From Coriobacteriia bacterium (GTDB lineage: Bacteria; Actinomycetota; Coriobacteriia; Coriobacteriales; Eggerthellaceae): 64,000 nucleotides of DNA. The notes under the pieces are model-generated. The model did no database searches. It was not told the DNA's origin and saw nothing but the letters and a program-made list of their open reading frames with translations. Where the stretch lies: contig JAUNWR010000002.1 in the NCBI GenBank assembly GCA_030540215.1, positions 10,119 to 74,118 of the forward strand, given 5' to 3'. A program made the translations under genes and the position numbers. This document shows, one piece after another, positions 27,619-37,614 of this stretch (positions are counted from its first letter, which is position 1; each line of letters starts with the position of its first letter).

Positions 27619-29193
27619 CTATGCGGTGGCGAAACCTTGTGCAGCTGCTGCGCGGTCCTCCTGGGCGGTCTTGGCGCCCAGGCGATCAGTGAGGGAGTCG
27701 ATCGGCGGCACATCGTCATGATTCTTGTGCGGAACCATGTCCTCTTCCTTGCCGCCAGCGTCGTTCAGACGCTTGAAGAAGTCCTTCGTTTCACGGACGA
27801 CCACGCCGGAGAGAACGATCAAGGCGATCATATTCGGCACGGCCATGCATGCGTTGAAGATGTCGGCGATGGTCCAAACAGCGGAAACGGTCATGTAAGG
27901 GCCGATGAACACAGCGGCGATGTAGAGCCAGCGGTAAACCTTCACGGCCTTCATGCTGCCGTTGCTGAAGTACTCAAGGCAACGCTCGCCGTAGTAGTCC
28001 CAGCCAAGGATGGTGGTGAAACCGAACAGAGCCAGGCATGCCATGAGCACGAAGGACACGACGGTGGGAGGAATGAACGGCAGGCCAGCCTGGAAAGCGG
28101 CAGTGGTGACGCCGGCGCCCTCAAGGCCGGGAATCTGGTAAGCGCCGGTCATGACCAGGGCAAGGCCGGTCATGGTGCAGACCACGATGGTGTCGAGGAA
28201 CGTACCGGTCATGGAAACCAGACCCTGACGGACGGGCTCCTTCGTCTGAGCGGCAGCAGCGGCGATAGGTGCGGAACCAAGGCCGGCCTCGTTGGAGAAG
28301 ATACCGCGGGCGATACCCTTCTGCATGGCAATGAAGATGGCGCCGAGCATACCGCCGGCAGCAGCATCAAGGCCGAAGGCGGAACGGAAGATGACCACGA
28401 ACGCACCGGGAATCTTGTCCAGGTTGGTGAGCAGCAGGACAAGGGAGAAGCCGACGTAGAGCACGACCATAACGGGGATGACGCGCTCGGAGACGCTGGC
28501 GATGCGCTTGATGCCGCCGATGACCACCAGGCCGACCAGCACGGCAACCACGATGCCGCCGATGACGGTGGCGATGGAGTAATCCATGCCGAGGATGCTG
28601 ATGGTGAAGGACTTCTCAGGATCGAAGAAGTTCGTGATGGCGGTGTTGATGGAGTTCACCTGGGTGAAAGTACCGATGCCGAACAGGCCTACGCACATGC
28701 CGAAGAAGGCGAAGATCTTGGCGAGCCAACGCCAGCTGATCTTAGGCAGGCGCTTGCCCATGCCGCGCTCGATGTAGTAGAACGGGCCGCCCAGAACATG
28801 GCCGGTGTTCTCATCGATGCTGCGGAACTTGACGGCAAGCAGACCCTCGGAGTACTTCGTGGCCATGCCGAACAGCGCTGCCAGCCACATCCAGAACATG
28901 GCACCGGGGCCGCCGACCACGACAGCGGTTGCAACGCCCACGATGTTGCCCGTACCGATGGTTGCTGAAAGCGCGGTGCACAGCGCGCCGAAGCTGGTCA
29001 CTTCGCCGGAGCCGCCCTTTTCGTTCTTGACCATGTAACGCAATGCGCGCGGCAGTTGGCGGAACTGCAAGCCGCCCAGACGTACCGTCAGCAGGATGCC
29101 TCCGAACAGGATGAGCACCATCAGCGGCACGCCCCACACAAAGTCGTCAATGGCGGTGATCACGTTATTGACGACGTCGAAAAACCCTTCCAC
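27619..29193 (-). CDS. Alanine/glycine:cation symporter (AGCS family)
   Basis: ALSATIGTGNIVGVA, GGPGAMFWMW, GGPFYYI, RGIFSNEAGLGSAP, DTIVVCTMT; GTG start with SD AGGAG. Confidence 0.95.
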   Translation of the reverse strand: MEGFFDVVNNVITAIDDFVWGVPLMVLILFGGILLTVRLGGLQFRQLPRALRYMVKNEKGGSGEVTSFGALCTALSATIGTGNIVGVATAVVVGGPGAMFWMWLAALFGMATKYSEGLLAVKFRSIDENTGHVLGGPFYYIERGMGKRLPKISWRWLAKIFAFFGMCVGLFGIGTFTQVNSINTAITNFFDPEKSFTISILGMDYSIATVIGGIVVAVLVGLVVIGGIKRIASVSERVIPVMVVLYVGFSLVLLLTNLDKIPGAFVVIFRSAFGLDAAAGGMLGAIFIAMQKGIARGIFSNEAGLGSAPIAAAAAQTKEPVRQGLVSMTGTFLDTIVVCTMTGLALVMTGAYQIPGLEGAGVTTAAFQAGLPFIPPTVVSFVLMACLALFGFTTILGWDYYGERCLEYFSNGSMKAVKVYRWLYIAAVFIGPYMTVSAVWTIADIFNACMAVPNMIALIVLSGVVVRETKDFFKRLNDAGGKEEDMVPHKNHDDVPPIDSLTDRLGAKTAQEDRAAAAQGFATA

Positions 29194-29371
29194 AACTCAC
29201 TCCTAACTAACACTCTGAACCGATACAACCTCTGCGAGACCCTGAGGATGCACGGAAAGAGAGCTCAGCGAAAGCTACGGGGTTCTGGAATATGGGATTA
29301 TGGAAAGGGAAAAGTTTCGGTGAACGCCGAGTTTGAGTTTCGTTCACGTTTGCGACAAGTCACTGACTTTT

Positions 29372-29502
29372 CTCTGTCCTTTTGCCTGAGAGTTTCAGCG
29401 AAACGGTTCGCCGCCGCAGCTTGTTGAAGCTGTTTACGGTTAGGTCTTACGGCCTGCGTTTCGCCTTGCCCCTTCGGCACCCATGGTTGGGATTCTCCAG
29501 AG
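29372..29502 (-). promoter_or_regulatory. Glycine riboswitch (single aptamer)
   Basis: Minus strand reads CTCTGGAGAA...GCCGAAGGGGCAA...GAAACTCTCAGGCAAAAGGACAGAG, the conserved glycine-aptamer core, upstream of an AGCS transporter. Confidence 0.9.
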
Positions 29503-30068
29503 GCCCCTGCTTGCCCTGTTTCTTGCGATCCAGAACATATCAACGGGGTGACGCTATGAAATTGTGGCATGAACTTTAACAGTGGGGTAACGGCTTGTAA
29601 ACACCCTAATATTTCGAACGTGTAACTTTTTGGGCAAGTGGACAAAAATGGACCGGATATAGACGGGATTGCCAGAATGGCTGGAATATTGGAGTGAAAT
29701 TTGGAAGATGTTCGTGCTAGAACGACTATACGTGATGTTGTACGAATTACGTTGCACAGAGATTCTTGCGAGAAAGTCGGTTTGTTTTCCGGGGTGGATG
29801 TTTCTTTTGGATGAGGGCTGCCCCTTCGTTCCAAGGTGCTCACCTTGCTAACATGGTTTCGAATCGAAACGGGCGAATGGTCGCTGTCTCTGATATCGCG
29901 ACGAGCGGGTTCGCGCCCTGGTTAATTCGATGCGAGGGTTGCTGGGAGAATGTTCCTCTCCTTGCGAACGAAACTGTCCCCTTCCTGCTTCTCGAGGGGG
30001 GCAGAATCTGGCGAATTGTTGTTGTAGCCGCTTTGCTCGGTATTATGTTGCGCTATGAAAGGGTTAGG

Positions 30069-30548
30069 ATGAAGTTCACGGTTGTGGCGGTTGGAAAGTT
30101 GAAGGAACGTTTCTGGGTGGATGCCTGCGCGGAGTACCTGAAGCGCCTGCAGCCTTATGCGAAAACCCAGGTACGCGAGATCGCCGACGTCGACCCGCGC
30201 AAGGCCGGTGGCGTGGACGGCGCACGTGACAAAGAGGGCGCCGCAATCTGCGCTGAGCTGGAGAAACTTGGTGCGGACACGCATGTGGTGCTGTTGGCCA
30301 TCGACGGCAAAGAGCGCTCGAGCGAGGGGTTGTCGAAGCGCTTGGACAACCTCATGCTGCAAGGGAAAAGCAACTTCGCGTTCGTTATCGGCGGATCCGA
30401 CGGCGTGAGCGATGAGGTGCGCAAACGCGCCGACGAGCTGTTGTCGTTCGGGCCTATCACGCTCCCCCACAACCTTGCGCGCGTGGTGTTGCTGGAGCAG
30501 CTCTATCGCTCGCAAAAGATATCCCACGGGGAGCCGTACCACAAATAG
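30069..30548 (+). CDS. rlmH: 23S rRNA m3Psi1915 methyltransferase RlmH
   Basis: VAVGKLKE, EYLKRL, FVIGGSDG, TLPHNLARVVLLEQLYRS..GEPYHK. Confidence 0.96.
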   Translation: MKFTVVAVGKLKERFWVDACAEYLKRLQPYAKTQVREIADVDPRKAGGVDGARDKEGAAICAELEKLGADTHVVLLAIDGKERSSEGLSKRLDNLMLQGKSNFAFVIGGSDGVSDEVRKRADELLSFGPITLPHNLARVVLLEQLYRSQKISHGEPYHK

Positions 30549-30723
30549 CGTTGTACGGTGTTCCGGGGCATTGCCCGGGATGTATCGGCATGACGCTTAG
30601 GGGATGTGTCGTTATCTGTCCGGGTTTTGTCAGCGTATCGCGCACGGCAAGGCGTTTGCCCACATTTCCCGAGGTCCTTATACTGTTTCGGAACGAATTT
30701 GCCTGCGAAGGAGGCGCTTCCCT

Positions 30724-31668
30724 ATGCGGATGATTTCTTGGAACGTGAACGGTTTGCGCGCCGTTTTGAAGAAGGGCTTCGAGGATATCGTGTGCCAGTT
30801 CGACGCCGATGTGGTCGCGCTGCAGGAAACGAAGCTGCAGGCTGGCCAGGCGACGCTGGATTTGCCGCAATATCGCGAGTTTTGGAGCTATGCGGAGAAG
30901 AAGGGCTATTCCGGCACGGCGGTTTTCACGAAGGAGGAGCCCCTGCAAGTGCTTCATGGCCTGGGCTTTCCCTATTTGGATACCGAAGGACGCATCGTGG
31001 CGTGCGAGTTTCCCGAGTATTGGTTCGTTTGCGTTTACACGCCGAACGCGCAAAACGAGCTGGCGCGTATCGACCATCGCATGGAATGGGATGACGCGTT
31101 CCGCGACTTTTGCAAGGGTTTGGAAGAGGGCGTGCTTCCGGCAGGCGTCCCGGTGGAACGCGCCGGCGCCGACGGCAACGTGGTATTGCGCCCGGAGGCG
31201 GGCCGTGGCGAAGGAAAGAACGGCGCGGACGTGATCCCGGAATCGGCTCCCATGGGCGACGGCCATTTGCCCACGCAATGGCTTCCGCTGACGCAGCCCG
31301 GTGAATCGGCGCAGCCGAAACCCGTGGTCATGTGCGGCGATTTCAACGTGGCGCACAACGAGATCGACCTGAAGAACCCCGGCCCCAACCGCGGAAATGC
31401 GGGCTTTTCCGATGAGGAGCGCGAGAAGTTCACTAAGCTGCTCGACGCCGGATTCACCGACACCTTCCGCAGCACGCACCCCGACCTTACCGGCGCGTAC
31501 TCCTGGTGGAGCTACCGTTTCAACGCGCGAAAGAACAACGCCGGGTGGCGCATCGACTATTTCCTGGTCAGCGATGCCTTGGCCCCGTGCATCGAAGCCG
31601 CCAGCATCTACAACGAGGTGTTCGGCAGCGACCACTGCCCCGTCGGCCTCGAGCTCGACCTAGATTAA
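30724..31668 (+). CDS. xth: Exodeoxyribonuclease III (Xth/ExoA) with ~60-aa internal insertion
   Basis: ISWNVNGLRA, LQETK, KKGYSGTA, CGDFNVAH, YSWWSYR, GWRIDYF, GSDHCPV; SD AGGAGG. Confidence 0.95.
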   Translation: MRMISWNVNGLRAVLKKGFEDIVCQFDADVVALQETKLQAGQATLDLPQYREFWSYAEKKGYSGTAVFTKEEPLQVLHGLGFPYLDTEGRIVACEFPEYWFVCVYTPNAQNELARIDHRMEWDDAFRDFCKGLEEGVLPAGVPVERAGADGNVVLRPEAGRGEGKNGADVIPESAPMGDGHLPTQWLPLTQPGESAQPKPVVMCGDFNVAHNEIDLKNPGPNRGNAGFSDEEREKFTKLLDAGFTDTFRSTHPDLTGAYSWWSYRFNARKNNAGWRIDYFLVSDALAPCIEAASIYNEVFGSDHCPVGLELDLD

Positions 31669-31912
31669 AGCTGACATTTTGAGGACGTAGCACTATCTGT
31701 CCGGCTTGTTGGATGTTGCACAGGCGGCGGCTTCCTAGAAGACGCCGCAAAGCCGGACACTTAGTTCTACGTCCCCGATGTGTCTGGGATGGGGGTTGGC
31801 GAAGCTGCTGGTGGCGCGTGGTATCATGCTAAGGTTCGAAACGAGAGGCTGCGGCAGCTGGATGTCAGGCTGCCGGGCCTGAACTTAGTACTGCTAGAAG
31901 GAAAACAACCAT

Positions 31913-32494
31913 ATGGATACTGCAAAGATCGAAGCCGGCGTTCGCATGATTTTGGAGGGCGTGGGCGAGAATCCCGACCGCGAGGGTCTGAAGGAGACGC
32001 CCGCGCGCGTTGCCCGCATGTACGAAGAGGTGTTCGCCGGCCTGACGGAGGACCCTGCCGTGCATTTCGCCACCACGTTCGATGAGCACTGCAGCGAAAT
32101 GGTGCTTGTGCGCGATATTTACTTCTACTCCATGTGCGAGCATCATCTGGTGCCGTTCTTCGGCAAGGCGCACATCGCCTATATCCCGGCGGCCGACGGT
32201 CGTGTGTGCGGCTTGTCGAAGCTGGCGCGCCTGGTCGAAGTGTATGCGAAGCGTCCGCAGGTGCAGGAGCGTCTGACCTCGCAGATCGCCGACACCCTGG
32301 TCGAGCAGCTGAATCCGCAGGGCGTCGTGGTGGTGCTCGAGGCCGAGCACATGTGCATGAGCATGCGCGGCGTGAAGAAGCCCGGCAGCCATACCGTCAC
32401 CAGCGCGGTGCGCGGCGTGTTCGCCGGCAGCACCGATGCGGCACGCGCCTCGCGTTCCGAGGCCATGTCGCTCATCTTGCGCGAAACCCGATAA
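31913..32494 (+). CDS. folE: GTP cyclohydrolase I
   Basis: [45 protein letters not shown]. Confidence 0.97.
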   Translation: MDTAKIEAGVRMILEGVGENPDREGLKETPARVARMYEEVFAGLTEDPAVHFATTFDEHCSEMVLVRDIYFYSMCEHHLVPFFGKAHIAYIPAADGRVCGLSKLARLVEVYAKRPQVQERLTSQIADTLVEQLNPQGVVVVLEAEHMCMSMRGVKKPGSHTVTSAVRGVFAGSTDAARASRSEAMSLILRETR

Positions 32495-32509
32495 CGCAAA
32501 GGCTTGGTT

Positions 32510-33307
32510 ATGGAAGCCATTGCCGACGTGTGTCACCAGCTGTTTGGCATTGCCCCGGGGGCTATGCTGCTGGTGTGCCTGCTCGTGTTCCTGGCGGGTT
32601 ACGTCGACGCCATCGCGGGCGGCGGCGGGCTGATCTCGCTGCCCGCCTATATGATCGCCGGCCTGCCCACGCATGCCGCCATCGCCACGAACAAGATGAG
32701 CTCGACCATGGGCACCACCATCGCCACCTGGCATTATGCGAAATCGGGCTACATCCAGTGGAAGCTGGCGGGCGTTTGCGTGGTGCTCGCCGTAGCCGGA
32801 TCGACCATCGGGTCGAACCTGGTGCTCATCACCAGCGATGCGTTCCTACGCGTGTTCCTGCTGGCGGTGCTGCCGATCACGGCCATCTACGTGATGAGGT
32901 CGAAAAGCTTCGGTAAGCAGGACAAGGAGCCGCTTTCGTCGAAACGCACCGCGGCGCTTTGCGCGCTGGTGGCGTTTTGCGTGGGCATATACGACGGCTT
33001 CTACGGTCCCGGAACGGGCACGTTTCTGATGCTGCTGCTCACCGGCGTGGCCCATCTGAAGCTCAAATCCGCCGCCGGCATCACGAAGGCCATCAACCTG
33101 ACCACCAACGTCACGGCGCTGGTGGTGTTCCTCCTGCATGGCCAGGTGCTGCTGGTGCTCGGCTTGGTTGCAGGCGCCTTCAACATCGTGGGCAACTACC
33201 TGGGCTCCCACAGCTTTTCGAAGAACGGCGGTGCGGTCGCCCGACCCATCACCATCGTCGTCTTGGTCATCTTCTTCGCGAAGGTTATTTGGGATTTCGT
33301 CGCCTAA
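32510..33307 (+). CDS. TSUP (TauE/SafE) family permease
   Basis: AGYVDAIAGGGGLISLP, ATNK, YDGFYGPGTGTF. Confidence 0.92.
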   Translation: MEAIADVCHQLFGIAPGAMLLVCLLVFLAGYVDAIAGGGGLISLPAYMIAGLPTHAAIATNKMSSTMGTTIATWHYAKSGYIQWKLAGVCVVLAVAGSTIGSNLVLITSDAFLRVFLLAVLPITAIYVMRSKSFGKQDKEPLSSKRTAALCALVAFCVGIYDGFYGPGTGTFLMLLLTGVAHLKLKSAAGITKAINLTTNVTALVVFLLHGQVLLVLGLVAGAFNIVGNYLGSHSFSKNGGAVARPITIVVLVIFFAKVIWDFVA

Positions 33308-33337
33308 GCCGTGAAGCAGCCCGCCGCTGGCTGCGGA

Positions 33338-33353
33338 TGTTTCACGTGAAACG
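33338..33353. other. parS site (15/16 match)
   Basis: TGTTTCACGTGAAACG; the most origin-distal copy seen. Confidence 0.85.
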
Positions 33354-33443
33354 CCACCTGAAAATACAAGGTGCGCGACAATCGGGTACTATAGATGCAT
33401 ACTGAAACGAGCGCGTCGGTCGCGCGGGTGAAAGGATTCGAAC

Positions 33444-33713
33444 ATGAAGTGCGTTATCAGCGTTCTTGGCAAGGATCGTAGCGGTATCGTCGCAGCTGTT
33501 TCTGTTGCGCTGGCCGAATGCGGCGCCAACATCGACGACATCAGCCAGACCATCCTGGGCGACATGTTCTCCATGACCATGTTGACCACGCTGGACACCG
33601 AGAAGGCTGACTTCAACGCCGTGCAGGAGAAGCTTGAGGGCGTTGCCACCGAGCTGGGCGTGCAGATTACCATCCAGCGTGAGGATGTTTTCCAGTTCAT
33701 GTACAAGATCTAG
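33444..33713 (+). CDS. Stand-alone ACT domain protein (UPF0237-like)
   Basis: VISVLGKDRSGIVA, NIDDISQTI, QREDVFQFMYKI. Confidence 0.9.
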   Translation: MKCVISVLGKDRSGIVAAVSVALAECGANIDDISQTILGDMFSMTMLTTLDTEKADFNAVQEKLEGVATELGVQITIQREDVFQFMYKI

Positions 33714-33942
33714 CTTTCAAGCCGGATTGGTCCGCCTGTAAGAAAGGGTGGAGCATCCAGGAGCGTTCGCCGCTGTCTTCGGCCTGGGGAAGGCTCGATT
33801 CGCGCATGGCGTTTTACGCTGCTGCTGGAGAAATAAAGCAGACCTTGAACCTTGAATGGTTTGAAAGCTTGGCGGGCGTTCGTAAACGTAATTGCGAGCT
33901 TGGGCATGTGCCGAATCGCTTGCATAAAAGCCGCCGAACGAC

Positions 33943-33972
33943 GGCCCGGAGTCGGAGACTCCGGGCCTTTTT
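33943..33972 (+). terminator. Intrinsic terminator upstream of the menF promoter
   Basis: GGCCCGGAGTC-GGA-GACTCCGGGCC-TTTTT; TATAAT follows at ~33982. Confidence 0.85.
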
Positions 33973-34026
33973 GCGCACCGCTATAATAGGAAACCGTGAC
34001 CCATCAGACGATCAGGGAGAAGTCGA

Positions 34027-35457
34027 ATGACCCGAATCTATTCGTACACCCAGCCGCTCGATGCCGATATCGTCGACGCGTTCTGCCTCATGCAGAAGGG
34101 CTTCACCGATCAATTCGTGTATTACCGCAAAGACCGCCCTACCCGTTTCATGGGCTTGGGGCGCTGCATCGCGTTGCCGACCTTGGACGAGGCCGAGTGC
34201 GAGCTGACGGGGCCGGCCGCCGAGCAGCCGGTGTTCTTCTCGTTCAATCGATTCGACGCGCATAACCCCGCGCCGGCTGATGAGCTGTTCCAATCGTTTC
34301 CCAACTTGCACTTCATGCTGCCCGAGGTCGTGCTCATCGAGAATGAGAGCGGCGCTTTCCTGCAGGTGAACTCCCTTGGTCCGGTGTACGCCGGCCGCGT
34401 CGAGCGCTTCGCGCGCCTTGCCCTGACGGCGCCGCATCGCACGCGCCGCACCGTTTCGTATCAGCTGGAACTCGATTCTCGTTCCGCTTGGGAGCAGGCA
34501 GTGGGAAGCGGGCTTGACGCCATCAAAGGCGGCCGCGTGGAGAAGGTGGTGCTATCGCGCCGCCTGAAGCTGCGCGCCGACGAGCCGTTCTCTTCGAAGG
34601 ACCTGCTGGTGAACCTGATCGACGGCACCGCGCACGGAACCGTGCTGCTCTACCGCTACGCCGACGTGTTCTTCTGCGGCTGTACCCCCGAGCTGCTGGT
34701 GCGCAAATCCGGCTGCGAACTGGAAAGCATGTGCTTGGCGGGAACCTGTCCGGCATCGCCCGACCCCGCCGAGAACGAGCGCCTTGCGCAAGGTTTGTTC
34801 AACGATGCGAAGAACCGCGCCGAGCATGACTACGTCGTGCGCTTCATCCGGGATGTGCTGGGCCGTACGTGCTACGCGGTCGACGTCCCGAAGGAGCCGA
34901 CCATCATGCCGTTGACGCGCATCCAGCATCTGATGACGCCTGCCCGTGCGAAACTGCTTGAAGGCGTTGACTTATGGTCGATGATGGGCGATTTGCACCC
35001 CACGCCCGCGGTTTCTGGCACCCCGGTCGGCGAGGCGAAGATGCTCATCCGCCAGATCGAAACCTACAACCGCGGCTTCTTCGCCGGCGCATGCGGCTAC
35101 GTGGATGCTGCCGGAGACGGCGAGTTCAGCGTGGCGCTGCGCACCGGCGTGTTCGACGGCGAGATCGGCTACGTGTACGCCGGATGCGGCATCGTCGACG
35201 GAAGCCGCGCGGCCGACGAGTACGACGAGATTGCGCTGAAGCTGAAAACCGTGCTCTCCGCATTCGATGGCGAAGCCGGCGCGGCTTCGCCCCGCGCCGC
35301 GCAAAACGCAACGCAAACCGTCGGCGAAACCAACCAGCAAGCAGCATCGCCGGCTGACCCGCAGGCGAGCCCGCAAGTTGCGGGTCAAACCGCAGCGCAA
35401 GTCGCGGGTCAAACCAGCCCGCAAACCACGACCGCAGGGGAAGGGGAAGCTCGATGA
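34027..35457 (+). CDS. menF: Isochorismate synthase
   Basis: EKVVLSR, TPELL, LAGT, KNRAEH, IQHL, LHPTPAV, AGCGIV; low-complexity C-terminal tail; first gene of men cluster. Confidence 0.9.
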   Translation: MTRIYSYTQPLDADIVDAFCLMQKGFTDQFVYYRKDRPTRFMGLGRCIALPTLDEAECELTGPAAEQPVFFSFNRFDAHNPAPADELFQSFPNLHFMLPEVVLIENESGAFLQVNSLGPVYAGRVERFARLALTAPHRTRRTVSYQLELDSRSAWEQAVGSGLDAIKGGRVEKVVLSRRLKLRADEPFSSKDLLVNLIDGTAHGTVLLYRYADVFFCGCTPELLVRKSGCELESMCLAGTCPASPDPAENERLAQGLFNDAKNRAEHDYVVRFIRDVLGRTCYAVDVPKEPTIMPLTRIQHLMTPARAKLLEGVDLWSMMGDLHPTPAVSGTPVGEAKMLIRQIETYNRGFFAGACGYVDAAGDGEFSVALRTGVFDGEIGYVYAGCGIVDGSRAADEYDEIALKLKTVLSAFDGEAGAASPRAAQNATQTVGETNQQAASPADPQASPQVAGQTAAQVAGQTSPQTTTAGEGEAR

Positions 35458-37466
35458 CCGTCGCCGATCCGCGCGCAACCGCGCGCTTCCTGGGAGCGTT
35501 CTTCGATGAGCTCGCGAAGTGGGGCGTGCAAAACGTGGTGATCAGCCCCGGGTCGCGCTCCACCCCGCTGTCCATGACCGCCTACGAGCTGTCTTGCCGC
35601 GCTCCGCAACGGATGAGCACGTATGTGGACATCGACGAGCGCGGCGCCGCCTTCCTGGCGTTGGGTATGGCGAAGGCGTCCGGTCGTCCGGCGGCGCTGG
35701 TGTGCTCGTCGGGCACGGCCATCGCCAACTACTATCCGGCCATCCTCGAGGCGGAATCCTCGCGCGTGCCCCTTATCGTGCTGACGGCCGACCGCCCGCC
35801 GCAGCTGCAGGGCTTGGGCGCCCCGCAAACCTGCGACCAATCGCATGCGTACGGCACGCACGTGCGCGCCTATCGCGGCATGCCCTTGCCTGCAGACGAC
35901 GAAGGCTCGCTGCGCTTTGCCCGTCAAGCCGCCCGCGAGGCGTGCATCGCCGCACTTGGGTCGTGCGAGTTCCCGCAAAACCAAGGGACGCAAAACCTCT
36001 CGGCGGCACCCTCAGCGGCTGCGGCGCGCACATCCCAGCGTCTCGCCGGGGCCTGCTTCGGCGGCCCGGTGCATCTGAACTTCCCGTTCGACGAGCCGCT
36101 CAAGCCCGACGTGACGCTGCCCGACCTGTTCGACGCCGGCATCCCTTGCGCCGACCAGGCCGCTGCAGAAGGCGCAACCCCCGGGGCAAAACCCACTCGA
36201 AAGCCGTTGCTTCCCGTCGGCGTTGCGCACGTGTGCGGGGGCATGGAAGGCGTTGCGGCGGCGCAGCTTGCCCGCGAGCTGCTGGCCAACAGCGTGCTGC
36301 TTCTGGCGGGCGAAGGCTCCTGCGCCACGCACGAGGAGGCGCAGCGCGTGCTAGCCTTCGCGCGCACCTTCGCCATTCCCGTGCTCGCCGACCCGCTCTC
36401 GGGTCTGCGGTCCTTCGACGACCCGCTGGTGATCGGCAACTACGACAGCGTGTTCCAGCCTGGCGGCATCTCACCCGACGAAAGCCTGAATCCGCAGGTC
36501 ATCGTGCGTTTTGGCCGCTACCCCGTATCGAAGCGCGCGACGCAGTGGGCCCGTGCGCGCGAGGACGCCGGCGTGCTGCAGGTTGTGGTCGACCCCTTGG
36601 AAACGCGCGACACCAATGCCTCCACCACGGTGTTCGTCCGCACGAAGCCCGCCGATTTCGCGCAAAGCATGCTGCGCGCGCTGCGCATGGAAGACGGCCC
36701 CGCGGCGGCGGGCGCCAACGACCTCTCGTTCGCCAACGCCTGGCAGCAGGTGGAGGAAGCCGCCGCAAAGCGCATAGCCGCGGTGGATGCCGACGAAGAA
36801 CCCGGTGCCGACGGCTTCGAGGGCGCCTACGTCCGTCGCGTGCTGGAGCTTGCCCCTGAAGGCTCGTGCCTGTTCGCGGCAAACTCCATGAGCGTGCGTG
36901 CCGTGGACACCTTCTGCCTGAAGGGCGGCAAGCAGCTGACCGTGCTGGCGAACCGAGGTTTGAACGGCATCGATGGCACGGTTTCCACGGCCATCGGCGC
37001 CTCGCGCTGCTTCGGCCGCACCACGCTGATCACGGGCGACCTGACCATGCAGCACGACCTGAACGCCCTGGCGCTGCAGCGCGAGCTGCGCGTGCAGCGG
37101 CAGCTCGCCGACGCCGCAGGCGACGTGAACCGTGCGCCGAAACAGGGTGCCAAGCGTAATAGCTGTGAAACAAACGCCGGCGAGCAGGGTATTACCATCG
37201 TGCTGCTGAACAACAACGGCGGCGCCATATTCGACATGCTGCCGCAGAAGTCGCAGGAAGCGTATTTCGAGCGCCTGTTCCTCACGCCTCAGGACGTGGA
37301 CTTTCGGGCCGCGGTCGCCGCATTCGGCGTGCCTTACAGCAAAACGGCCACGTTGGCCGAGTTCGACCGGGCGTATCGAGCATCGCTGGATGTTCCGGGC
37401 ATCAGCTTCATCGAAGTGCCCGTGCCCCTGCAGGGCCTGCGCGAACGCTACGCCAAGTATTGGTAG
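35454..37466 (+). CDS. menD: SEPHCHC synthase (ThDP-dependent)
   Basis: ISPGSRSTPL, DERGAAFLALG, LTADRP, GPVHLNFPFDEPL, NRGLNGIDG, GDL..HDLN, NNNGGAIF. Confidence 0.95.
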   Translation: MTVADPRATARFLGAFFDELAKWGVQNVVISPGSRSTPLSMTAYELSCRAPQRMSTYVDIDERGAAFLALGMAKASGRPAALVCSSGTAIANYYPAILEAESSRVPLIVLTADRPPQLQGLGAPQTCDQSHAYGTHVRAYRGMPLPADDEGSLRFARQAAREACIAALGSCEFPQNQGTQNLSAAPSAAAARTSQRLAGACFGGPVHLNFPFDEPLKPDVTLPDLFDAGIPCADQAAAEGATPGAKPTRKPLLPVGVAHVCGGMEGVAAAQLARELLANSVLLLAGEGSCATHEEAQRVLAFARTFAIPVLADPLSGLRSFDDPLVIGNYDSVFQPGGISPDESLNPQVIVRFGRYPVSKRATQWARAREDAGVLQVVVDPLETRDTNASTTVFVRTKPADFAQSMLRALRMEDGPAAAGANDLSFANAWQQVEEAAAKRIAAVDADEEPGADGFEGAYVRRVLELAPEGSCLFAANSMSVRAVDTFCLKGGKQLTVLANRGLNGIDGTVSTAIGASRCFGRTTLITGDLTMQHDLNALALQRELRVQRQLADAAGDVNRAPKQGAKRNSCETNAGEQGITIVLLNNNGGAIFDMLPQKSQEAYFERLFLTPQDVDFRAAVAAFGVPYSKTATLAEFDRAYRASLDVPGISFIEVPVPLQGLRERYAKYW

Positions 37467-37614
37467 GCGCTCGGCGCGTAACCGTCGCTGGCAAGGTAAG
37501 CGCTTTGCGCGACTATCGCTGCAACGCCGGTGTTTTGCGCCCTGGCGTTGCCGGCATACTGTGTTGTACGCAACACATACAACGATAGAACATTAAGGGA
37601 TCGAGGAGGCGCTC

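Noticed and set aside
31669-31912. THF riboswitch upstream of folE
   Set aside because: Lacks the GAGUA/CGUUAAGUG core, and a likely folE -10 lies downstream of the structure.
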